28,499 bases of DNA from Octopus sinensis (lineage: Eukaryota): the NCBI RefSeq assembly GCF_006345805.1, contig NW_021836189.1:1-28499 (forward strand), read 5' to 3'. This document shows positions 10,679-21,520 of this stretch, piece by piece; within the stretch, counting starts at the first letter, position 1; each line of letters opens with the position of its first letter. Under the pieces are notes generated by a model. It searched no databases and had not been told where the DNA came from. It saw only the letters and a list, made by a program, of their open reading frames with translations. A program made the translations under genes and the position numbers.

Positions 10679-10724
10679 TTGTTACTGATGACGTTCAGAA
10701 AAGGGTGAAATACGTATTTAGCAA
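10679..10724 (+). ncRNA. Orphan type I hammerhead-like motif with defective stem II
   Basis: TTGTTA-CTGATGA-(15 nt)-GAAA-TACGTA-TT-TAGCAA: 6-bp stem I (one GU), canonical core, palindromic ATACGTAT stem III; stem II pairs poorly. Confidence 0.35.
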
Positions 10725-11287
10725 CTCCAGTAGTGTGTTAGACAATTCACATCAGTTGTTGATACATTTCTTGTTTGTTTTTAAACATAATGTGTCCATT
10801 CAAGATATTTTCTCGCAACGAATATTGCAGTTTCTTGGCTTTCACCTGTATATATGCCTTAAGTAGTATATATAGAATACTGTTTTGAACTAATAATGCT
10901 TGCATTGTATAAAACGAAGAAATATATGTCTGTCGTTACTAAGAATTACAGTTATATTAGCAACTCACGTACACACATAAGCACACACACACACACTCAG
11001 ACATACACGTACATACACACAGACACACACATATAAAGAGGGAAAGATTAGAAGAGAGAAAGGAGAGAGAGTTATACACATACAAAGATATATAGCGGCA
11101 TGTTGATCAAAGCCAACTACATATGTGCGTGTATGTATATATATATATATATATATATGTTGTGTGTATGTGCTTATATATACATTGAAACATACATAAT
11201 ATGCATGTACGATCTTGTATTTTTACACGCACACATATAGATACACACGTTGTGAAAGGAAAAGAATTGTGGGAGAGAGAAAGTTGA

Positions 11288-11357
11288 GGAAAGAGAGAGA
11301 GATAGATAGATAGATAGAGAGAGAGAGATAGAGAGATAGATAGATAGATAGATAGAT

Positions 11358-11406
<49 letters not shown>
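11288..11406. repeat. (GA)n/(GATA)n microsatellite
   Basis: Direct observation. Confidence 0.95.
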
Positions 11407-11411
<5 letters not shown>

Positions 11412-12208
11412 GAGTGGACTGTCAGATAGACAGACAAACAATGAAGCAGGAGACTGCCGGAAAGAAATGGTAAAGACGCATATAACCAAAGACCTGACTA
11501 AGAAAATATCCAACATTTTAAACAGGTTACCCTAACAGTTCCGCTGAAGAAAAAAAATTATTGAATTTACTAAAACTATTCCGGAAGTTCCGGAAGTCCG
11601 TATGTATCCTCACTTCCCTTCTGCTGTAACCCAATCTCTAAGAAGAGGGGATAAAGTCGAATGACTTAAAATAGATTCAATAAAGTTGCTTCTCACAATG
11701 TGCCTCCATATTGAATTGAATCTTAATTATTTCCTTCTGACTTTTAGTAAAAGTTCCATGTAACATTCTGTGAATGGAACTAATTGCATACTAATCGACT
11801 TTATAGATGTTTTCTGTGGAATAATATTAGAGCCCTGATGCTGCTGGTGTTGGTGTTGTTGTCGTTGTTGTCGTTGCTGGTACAGTTTGTATGTTTTGTA
11901 AGATGGGGGCGTGGTGATATATACATAATGTACATACACTCACAAAACCCCAAATGTTGGAATATAAACTCATATGCATACAGGGATATACATAATGTAA
12001 ATATATGTGCATATGAATAGACATCCCCACACACACACATATGTATATACACATATATAAACATACATACATATATACATGCATAAATATATAGAGAGAA
12101 ACATTTATGTATATATTATATATTATATATAGTTGTGTATGTATACATGTATATATATTTATACGCATATATATATATATATATATATATATTTTACATA
12201 TACGTATA

Positions 12209-12381
12209 TTAGCGATATTTCGTCTGTCTTTACGTTCTGAGTTCAAATTCCGCTGAGGTCGACTTTGCTTTTATCTTTTCGGGGTCGACAAATTAAGTAG
12301 CAGTTGCTTGCTGGAGTCGATTTAATCGATTGGCTCCCTCGCACCAAAATTTCTGGCCTTGTGCCTAGAGAAGAAAAGAAT
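12209..12381 (+). mobile_element. SINE family 1, 5'-truncated monomer
   Basis: GTTCAAATTCC B-box, body, and tail GGCCTTGTGCCTAGAGAAGAAAAGAAT like the tail at ~1740-1767. Confidence 0.85.
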
Positions 12382-12415
12382 ATCTATACATATTTATATA
12401 TACACAGATACACAT

Positions 12416-12446
<31 letters not shown>

Positions 12447-12699
12447 GAAACGAATCTGTATATGCACCATATTTTTTTATATTATTTGTTTCTCGTCGAT
12501 TTAAAGAAATGGCGAAGATCCATGAAACCTGGTCTTCGTCTGTTTCTTGTTGCATTCCGCTTACAATCATTCGTATATTGTAAAGTTTGAATCCAGCCAT
12601 TAACATGTATCAGAATCAATCAATTGGTTAATCAGTCTATTAATCTCTATATTGATCCCCACACAAATGCATATACAAATGCATATACATATCATATGC

Positions 12700-12823
12700 A
12701 TTTGTGTATTTATGTTTGTATGTGTGTATGTATGTACCTTTCTTTCCATTTCTCTCTCTCTCTCTGTATATATATATTATATATATATATATATATAAGT
12801 ATATTATTATATATATATATAAT

Positions 12824-12862
<39 letters not shown>

Positions 12863-13031
12863 ACCTATAATATAATACAGAGAGACAATACAGTGAGAGT
12901 CAGGGAGAGAGTAGGAGAGAAGGATGCTGTTTTCGTATTTCATGCTGTTTACGTTTTATGACGTCATGTACCCATATATGCATATGTATATACATAAATA
13001 TTTAAGTATGTATTTATATGTTTGTATATAA

Positions 13032-13075
<44 letters not shown>

Positions 13076-13091
13076 ATGTATGTATATATAG

Positions 13092-13122
<31 letters not shown>

Positions 13123-13255
13123 GTATTTATTATTATATATGTATACATACATGTATGTATGTATGTATGTATGTATATATTATATATATATTATATATAA
13201 TATGTTTATGTATGTATATATATATATATATATATATATACTTATATATATATAG
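12700..13255. repeat. Degenerate (TA)n/(TATG)n low-complexity region
   Basis: Direct observation; interrupted by ~90 bp of non-repetitive sequence at ~12880-12970. Confidence 0.85.
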
Positions 13256-13312
13256 TCATTACCAGTTTTTTTTTTAGGCTTAACACTTTTTCTACACCCC
13301 TCGTATATAGGC

Positions 13313-13725
13313 GCAGGGGCGGGTGTATGGTAAGAAACTAATTGTTTAGGATTCAGTCCCATTGTGTGACACCAGTGTCTTCTAGAAGAGCCTCGGTTCA
13401 ACCAAAAACTTGTGCGTGGATTTGATAGACAGAAACCTGGAAGAAGTCCGTCGTATACATACACACATATGTGAGTGTGTGTGTGTTTGTATGTGTGTAT
13501 CTGTATGTGTGCATTTGTGTGTCCGTGTTTGTACCACTACCATCGCTCCACGACCGATGTTGGTGTGTTTATCTCCCCATAAGCTGGCGGTTCGGCAAAA
13601 GAGAACGATAAGAAAAGTACTAGGCTTATAAAGAATAAGTGCTGGGGTCAAGTCGTTCGACTAAAGGCGGTCCTCCAGCGTGGCCGCGGTCAAATGACTA
13701 AAACAAAGTAATAGAATAAAAGTAA
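13313..13725 (+). mobile_element. SINE family 2 (tRNA-like head, CORE-like segment, internal microsatellite, 3' domain), diverged
   Basis: Collinear with 21124-21520; internal (TA/CA/TG)n at ~13455-13520. Confidence 0.8.
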
Positions 13726-13755
13726 AAGTATGCATACATGCATGCATATATGCAT

Positions 13756-13795
<40 letters not shown>

Positions 13796-14464
13796 CTATA
13801 TACATTTAATCCTCATTTATATACGTAAGCATCCCGGTACTCATATATACTTATATATAGATATATAAATGTATATATGTGCATATATACATGTGTCCAT
13901 TTCTTTGTATTTATACATGCACATGTGTGTATATGTAATTCCAATAAACTCGAGCACTCTATACATTCTCCCTGTCAGTTGCAGCGACGTCTATTTTATT
14001 AGTCTTAAGATGCAACCAATCAACTACAAGATTTGCGTGCGTTTATAGTTTGGCCATCACGAAGTACTTAGATATAGAACTGCGCATCATCAGAAAATTG
14101 GAGATCATCTGCAAGAAAGCAAAAGAAAGAGTTTGAAGAATATTAACCGATTCGATGAACAGAATCTATTAGGAATGGAATTAATTCGATTGATCTCGGT
14201 CTGACTTTGAAAACATCCTTCAGACATATTGCTTTTTGTTTTACACTTCTGTGAAGTGGTCCAGAACTGCTACGCAAATGTTGTTACAGTGTCAAAGGAT
14301 ATAAGGCTTTCTTCTTGCAAATCTTATATAAATACACAATAAATATCCACGATTGTAAAGAAGAATAAAGAAAACACACACACACACAACACACACACAT
14401 ATACACACATACACACAGACACTCACACATGCATAAGTTAATGACTGCGTGTAATAGGTGCAAA

Positions 14465-14736
14465 CATGGTCGTGTAGTTGAGAGGCTTTTTTTTACCAAC
14501 CACGTGATGTTGGATTCACTCTCACTGCACAGCACCTTGGGTAAGTGGCATCTACTATAGCTCTGGGCAGGCCAAAGCTATATGACAGGATTAGGTGGAC
14601 GGAAACTGAAAGTTGCCCGTTGCATATATATATACACACACACACACACATATATATACATGGCATACATACATATATATATATGATATATATATTTATA
14701 TATATATATTATATATAATCTATACTATAATATATA

Positions 14737-14797
<61 letters not shown>

Positions 14798-14910
14798 TAT
14801 ATATATAGATACCATATATATGTGTGCGAATGTATATGTTTGTATGTGTGTGTGCTTGTGTGTGGTGTTTGTGCTCGTCTCTTACTGCCTCTTAAACAAC
14901 CGGGCAGTTC
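14465..14910 (+). mobile_element. SINE family 2, diverged, with expanded internal microsatellite
   Basis: ACCAACCAC...GCACCTTGGGTAAGTGGCATCTACTATAGC...GACGGAAACTGAAAG matches the 21124 copy; followed by ~230 bp of simple repeat and a short 3' remnant. Confidence 0.75.
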
Positions 14911-14944
14911 TTTTTTGTATCCTTAAAATCCTTTAAAATGTTTT

Positions 14945-15130
14945 AGCCCGAAGGCCGCGGCCATGCTGGGGCACCACGTTCTCGTCACAAAGCGGTTCGG
15001 CGAAATAGACCGACGGAACAGATACCCAGCTTGAAAAAAGATAAGTCCTGCAGTTGATTTTCCTCGACCAAAATCCTTGAAGGCGATGCTGCAGCATGGA
15101 CGCAGTCCAATAAATGAAAACAATGAAAAT
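14945..15130. mobile_element. SINE family 2 3'-domain fragments in opposite orientations
   Basis: Minus motif GCGGCCATGCTGGGGCACC (14957-14975) faces the plus 3' domain ending GGCGATGCTGCAGCATGGACGC (15082-15103). Confidence 0.6.
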
Positions 15131-15514
15131 AGAAAACATGGAAGCAAAGAGATAAAATATAAATCCGAAACTATGATGATTTCTGCTTTCTTTTTTTAAA
15201 AAATAAGAAACCATCGGCGCTATTTCATACTTGTTATATTTTCCGACGTTACCATTTAATCTTGTTTTCTTTCATAATTTATTCTGCTGCTTATTCTCTT
15301 TCTTATTTTTTCTTCTCCTTCTTTCTTCTCATTCTTTTCTCTCTCTCTTTCTTTGCTCTGTAGTTTTATTTCCTCATATCTAACCTAACTAACCGTTTCA
15401 TCCGAGCTGTGTATCAAAGCTAAACATTTTTCTCCTTTTTCTTTTGTGGAATTTCCACACAAAGATAATGGTAAGTATTTATGCATTTTATTTGTCTGTT
15501 TATTTATTGGTTCG

Positions 15515-15690
15515 TTCTATTCTCTTTTTGTTTATTTCAGTCATGCTGGAGCACCGCCTTTAGACGAAGAAATCGATCCCAGGACTTATTCTTTCTTAGG
15601 GTAGAATTTATTCCATCGATCTATTTGTCCAAAACACACCATCATCTGTTGTCAAGCGATGGTGGGGTCAAACTCAGGCACTTACGCGCA
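15515..15690 (-). mobile_element. SINE family 2 3'-domain fragment
   Basis: CATGCTGGAGCACCGCCTTTAG...CCCAGGACTTATTCTTT...TTGTCAAGCGATGG is the reverse complement of the family 2 3' domain. Confidence 0.7.
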
Positions 15691-15794
15691 CGCGTACACA
15701 CACAAATATATATATTTTATTATTTTATATATTTCAGCCTTGAGGTTGCGGCCATGCTGGGGTACCGCCACTTGAGTTTATCTATACGGATATA

Positions 15795-16372
15795 GATAAA
15801 CTATTTTCTCACTTGACCGCTGGTTGCAGAAAATTTTTCTTGAATTTTTCTTGAATTTTTTTGCTACCCTTATATTGATTAATTAATGATTTTTTGACTA
15901 ATTCTGAAATTGTATCAGCAGTTTATATTTGCTGCTGAGTAGTTGGCGCGGTTACGGTGGATTTCGAAAATTTAGGATATATAAACTCGAGGCTTCGGTG
16001 GTGCTGCCTCGTGTGTATATGTTCTCCTTTTCTTTGGCGACTTTGCTGATGAGACAAGCCAATCGTAAACGGATTTAATTTAATTTAATTAAATTCGATT
16101 ACGTAAAAATGTTGAAACCTTGCAGGGTACAAAGTTGAAGGGGATAAATGTTTTTATTTCTCCTTTAGTTTCAGAATTACTACTATTTTTGCGGTTTGAG
16201 TTTAGCTGCTCTTTTCAAGTGAGTTGAATGATCTGTCAGGGTCATTCCTTTTAAACTATTGTTGAAATATTATATCGTCTGTGACTATTTCTATTTTCTC
16301 ACTTGACCGCTGGTTGCAGAAAATTTTTCTTGAATTTTTCTTGAATTTTTTTTGCTCCTTATATTGATTAAT
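15795..16372 (+). mobile_element. Unclassified 578-bp insertion with ~82-bp terminal direct repeats and 11-bp TSD
   Basis: Direct repeats 15801-15883 and 16291-16372 (period 490, only small indels); ATACGGATATA at 15784-15794 and 16373-16383; CTGATGAG at 16046. Orientation is inferred. Confidence 0.7.
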
Positions 16373-16374
16373 AT

Positions 16375-16451
<77 letters not shown>

Positions 16452-16467
16452 GTGCGTGTGTGTGTGC

Positions 16468-16630
16468 ATGCGACGGGCTTCTCTTAGTCCGTCTTATAAA
16501 TTCACTCACATGACTTTGGCAAGGCCGAAGCTAAAGTAGAAAACACTTGCCCAAGAGGCCACGCAGTGGGACTCAACCCGGAACCATGTGGTTGGGAAGT
16601 AAGCTTCTTACCACACAGCCACGCCCGCAC
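16468..16630 (-). mobile_element. SINE family 2 5' part
   Basis: Reverse complement of the head and CORE-like segment of 21124-21290. Confidence 0.85.
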
Positions 16631-16631
16631 T

Positions 16632-16870
16632 TTTATATCTTTTCTCTTTTATTTCTTTAGTCCTTAAACTCTTCGGCCATGCTGGGGCACCAACATGAAG
16701 GATGTAATGGAACAAATCTACCCCTGAGCTTATTGATCTTTTCTCTTGAAACGTCTGTTGTTTATTTTATCAATCTGTTTTACTGAATTACTAAGTTACA
16801 AGGATATAAACAAACCTAAAGCGGTTGACAAACGGTTGCGAGGGACAACTACGAACACAAAACATGCATT
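16632..16870 (-). mobile_element. SINE family 2-related 3' domain, diverged
   Basis: CGGCCATGCTGGGGCACC plus TATTTTATCAATCTGTTTTACTGAATTACTAAGTTAC, the diverged reverse complement of the family 2 3' domain. Confidence 0.6.
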
Positions 16871-17034
16871 CTTACACATCCACCCACATATACATACACA
16901 CTGTCATACACATACACACACACACATGCACACAAACACACATACGCACATAAACATTTATATTGGCTCATCCCATAAATAATGCGGTTTTTTATACTTT
17001 TATTTTTCAAAATTAAGAAATTCAAATTTCTTTT

Positions 17035-17701
17035 TTAATCTAAAATATACTCTCCTTCATTTTCTGCAATGCTCTTCCATCTATCTGGTAGACTTGCAAG
17101 ACCCTTCTTCCAAACTTTACTTGTCCATCACAAAATCTACTTTTCCAGTGCTGTCCTGACCTCCTCTACAGAATTCATATTTTTTTCTGTCCAAAAGATT
17201 TTGAAGACTGCGAAATAAATAATAATCAGTTAGGGATAACGTCCGGCGAATATGGTGGGTAGGACATCATTTCTCATTCAAACAACTCCAGCTGTTGGAA
17301 TGTCATCCTCGCTGTATTTGGCCGAGCGTTATCCTGATGGAAGAACACCTTTCGTCGTGAAACCAAAGATGGCCGTTTTTCTTCTAGCGCTGACTTGAAT
17401 GAACGGTTAAATGACCAAATCCAAACTTTTCTACTAGTTCCTCAACAGTTACGATGGGATTTTGTTCCACCAGCGTTTGCAGGATGTCCTCGTCGAGCTC
17501 TTCAGATCTTCCAGGATGAGGCTCGTTTTCTAGGCTAAAGTTTCCGTATCAGAATTTCTAGAGACACCGTTGACACTGGCTTACACTTATTGTCCGATCC
17601 CCATATACTGCATTAATACTCCTCGCATTTTCCGTTGTATTGTTGCCTTTTTTGAACTCATTAAGTAAAATATGCCGAATATGCTCCTTTGTCACTTCCG
17701 T
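17035..17701 (-). pseudogene. mariner transposase pseudogene
   Basis: EVTKEHIRHILLNEFKKGNNTTENARSINAVYG (start codon reads ACG), GNFSLENEPHPGR, a deletion junction near 17399, then EEKRPSLVSRRKVFFHQDNARP, YPPYSPDVIP, YYLFRSLQNLL, LASLPDRWKSIAENEGEYILD*. Confidence 0.93.
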
Positions 17702-17867
17702 TAGAGCTTTGAAAAAACAACTGTTAAAATCGAACTGCACTCTTCAAAACTTGTACTAAGAATAAGGACAAAGTAAAATTACTACTTACTTTTATAGCAA
17801 GTTGGCGCAGGTAGTATATCCTGTCCCCCACCTCCGACTTTTAGTTCATACAATTGAAAGATTCCAT

Positions 17868-17912
<45 letters not shown>

Positions 17913-17926
17913 CCACCACCACCACC

Positions 17927-17980
<54 letters not shown>
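17868..17980. repeat. (TAC)n(CAC)n(TAC)n microsatellite
   Basis: Direct observation. Confidence 0.97.
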
Positions 17981-17983
<3 letters not shown>

Positions 17984-18393
17984 CGATATTATGACAATAA
18001 CCGATTGCATCAGTGGGGAATTCACTTGTACTATTTTTACTGTAACAATAACTCAACGATTCGGCAAAAGAAAACCGATAGAGTGAATATAGGCCTTAAA
18101 TAATGGTTGATTGTTTCGACAGAACACTTCATGGCGGAGCACCAGCCTGACCGCAGTTCAATCAATGAGAGAAATAAAAGAAGCAATAGCATTAGCAACA
18201 GCTTATGAATCCTAGATATACGTAGGTAACGTCTGTCTCGTGCAATTCGCTCTCATTGAGGAAGTATAAGTAACACAGTAAAAAAATATTAATTCCTGAA
18301 TGCAATAACGAAATCACGAAATAACCAACATAAACGAAAAATCGTCCAGAAACACTCAAAAGGTCACCCACAAATAGTTTTACAGTCAAGAGA

Positions 18394-18463
<70 letters not shown>

Positions 18464-18469
<6 letters not shown>

Positions 18470-19065
18470 TGAGGGTACTACTATTCGTAGATACCACACT
18501 CTAAAGAGGGACCAATGCGGTCAAAACTACTAAAATAAACAAAATTTTACCGAATGCAAAACTTCAAAGCAAATATGCATTCTATGTTCATCAGTGCAAC
18601 AAACTCAAGATATATAAGAAAAAACATAACGTTACAAGCTCGATAGCCAACCGTAGAATTCGTCGTAGCATGTACGAATGTTTATCTTTACATATCTATG
18701 AAAATGGCGGGCTTCTTCGCAATGCATTTCGGGTTGCTTACTCGAAATAAAAATTTGTTATTGGACAATTCCGGTGAAAAATATAAATTAACAATTGAGG
18801 ATAAAATCTTTAAAATCTACGTAACTAAATTCTTTTTTTAAATGATTTGCTTTGAAGTTTTGCATTCGGTAAAATTATTTATATTTTAGTAGTTTTGACC
18901 GCATTGGTCCCTCTTTAGCGTGTGGTATCTACGAATAGTAGTACCCTCAATATAATATAAATAAATATTTTCAAAGTGGAAAAATTTACGGATTTCTTCT
19001 CTTACGAGGTTTTTCACGCTAACTACTGATAATTTCTTTTAAAGATTTTATCCTCAATTGTTAAT
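18464..19065. mobile_element. Unclassified (TA)n-flanked element with two interlocked inverted-repeat pairs (MITE-like or PLE pseudo-LTR derived)
   Basis: IR pair A 18464-18574 / 18845-18955 (111 bp, 4 mismatches); IR pair B 18787-18815 / 19037-19065 (29 bp, perfect); (TA)n on both sides. Confidence 0.75.
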
Positions 19066-19116
19066 ATATATTATATATATATATATATATTATTTACGTA
19101 TATATATATATATATA

Positions 19117-19163
<47 letters not shown>

Positions 19164-19178
19164 GTAAATAATCATTTC

Positions 19179-19377
19179 TACAAAGAATAAGTCCTGGAAT
19201 TTGCGGAGAGGTGGATAATGGATCACATCGACCTCAGTACTTGACTGGTACTTAATTTTTCGAACCTAAAAGGCGAATTGGAATTCGGCGAAATTTGAAC
19301 TCAGAACGTAAAAGACGGGGGAAATACCGCTAAGTATTTTGTCCGGCGTGCTAACAATTCTTGCAGCTCATCGCCTT
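19179..19377 (-). mobile_element. SINE family 1 monomer, diverged
   Basis: AATTTGAACTCAGAACGT...AAATACCGCTAAG...CGGCGTGCTAAC...GCAGCTCATCGCC on the plus strand is the family 1 head reversed. Confidence 0.8.
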
Positions 19378-19714
19378 GAAGTCACGGATAAAATAATAAA
19401 TCATGAATACAGCCGAAAGACTGAGTGCCGTGGGAGAAATATGACATTAACTAAATTAGCCAGTGAAAATGCATAAATAAATTACAAATAACCAATTTTA
19501 ATAAAACATAATATGATGGCGTAAATGACATGTAAAGATGTAGATAGAGGATTCTGAAAATTACCATTAAAGATGATAGGCACGTACCAAAGAACACATT
19601 GAGCATGCTTTTATGTACAAAAAGCAATGAGGATCATGCAAAATCGCCCTGTTCTCCATCAGGTCTCGGTATCGGGAAACTTGAGTGGCAAGAGATAAAA
19701 TGAATTATACAATT

Positions 19715-20130
<416 letters not shown>

Positions 20131-20982
20131 GAGGAGAGAGAGAGATGATGGATACGCCCCCGCACGTACACACGCACTCGCGCATATGTAAGTTCAAAGG
20201 AAAATGAATAAAATATCTGTACGAAAAATAGGATTAAATGTATGTATGAATACATGCACATCTGTGTGATAACACAAGCATTCATCTATCTATCTATCTC
20301 TGTGCCTCTCTGTCTCTTTGTATATATACATATATATATATATGCACTTTGCGTCACGTAAATTTATTATGAACCCTCTTATCTATTATTCTGGAGAAAA
20401 TAAACAGAAACCAAATGCATCACTCATTTCTAACATTAAGATCTCGGGATATCTCCAAAATATATGGTAGTTTTTCAACGATCTCGTTTTACAAAGACAT
20501 TTCGTGAACGCCAATTCCATCTACACATATTTATCAACTTAATACATATTAGACTCCTAGCTAAATGATCATTCGTTGAAATTTATTTCCTTGTGTCACG
20601 GAATAGTATTTTGGAGTGGGGTGTTGATTAGTTATTGGTTTTGTCGCATTTGCATGTTTACTAGTAATTACCACTACAAATGTAATAGAGGAGTTGGAAA
20701 TGTTGAGGGCACTCAGTAGAGATGTTTGCAATGCATAGTTCTGTTTCTTTTTTACAGAACGTTCTGGTAACACACATACACATACACACACATGCTTGTG
20801 CCCCTTTCGAATATAAACACTCGTATACCATTCAAAGTTATCGGGAATGAATCAAATATAAAAAGAAAAACACTCACTACCCCCTATAAAATAATTGTGA
20901 GCAGAAATATTCTGGGACCGGTAACTGGGATGATATAACTCATTATTTTCCTCTGAAAATATAAATCTCTCCCTCTCTCCCG

Positions 20983-21120
20983 TTATATATATATATATAC
21001 ACATACATACATACATACATACATACATACATACATACATACATACATACATACATACATACCTACATACATATATATATATATATATATGCATGTATGT
21101 GTATGTATGTGTATATATAT
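20983..21120. repeat. (TACA)n/(TA)n microsatellite
   Basis: Direct observation. Confidence 0.95.
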
Positions 21121-21123
21121 AAA

Positions 21124-21520
21124 TTGGCACAGGAGTGGCTGTGTGGTAAGTAGCTTGCTTACCAACCACATGGTTCCAGGTTCAGTCCCACTGCGTGGCA
21201 CCTTGGGCAGGTGTCTCCTACTATAGCCTCGAGCCGACCAAAGCCTTGTGAGTGGATTTGGTAGACGGAAAATGAAAGAAGTTCGCCGTATATATGTATA
21301 TGTATATGTATATGTGTGTGTGTTTGTGCGTCTGTGTTTGTACCCCCAACATCACTTGTGTTTACGCCCCCGTAATTTAGCGATTCAGCAAAAGAGACCG
21401 ATTGAATAAGTACTTGGCTTACAAAGAATAAGTTCTGGGGTTGATTTGCTCGACTAAAGGTGGTGATCCAGCACGGGGGCCGTATAATGATTAAAACACG
21501 AAAATGATAAATGGTAAAAA
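21124..21520 (+). mobile_element. SINE family 2, best-preserved copy
   Basis: A-box-like TGGCTGTGTGGTAAG, B-box-like GGTTCAGTCCC, CORE-like GGCACCTTGGGCAGGTGTCTCCTACTATAGCCTC, internal (TA/TG)n at ~21288-21325, A-rich end. The CORE assignment is from recall and needs checking. Confidence 0.85.

Larger units (their letters stand above)
16961..17988 (-). mobile_element. mariner (Tc1/mariner, D,D34D-type) transposon, internally deleted
   Basis: TA + TIR-like TTGGCTCATCCCATAAATAATGCGGTTTTTT at 16961-16993; transposase remnants; the other end is degraded and interrupted by a microsatellite (boundary at 17988 is tentative). Confidence 0.85.

Noticed and set aside
15364-15470. Exon-like segment with strong acceptor (TCTGTAG) and donor (G|GTAAGT)
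   Set aside because: Stops in all three frames, and the polypyrimidine tract is low-complexity; could only be a non-coding exon, with no evidence.
18464-19065. DIRS-like internal complementary region acting as a circularisation splint
   Set aside because: A splint would need A' followed directly by B; the observed order is B, a 29-bp spacer, then A'.
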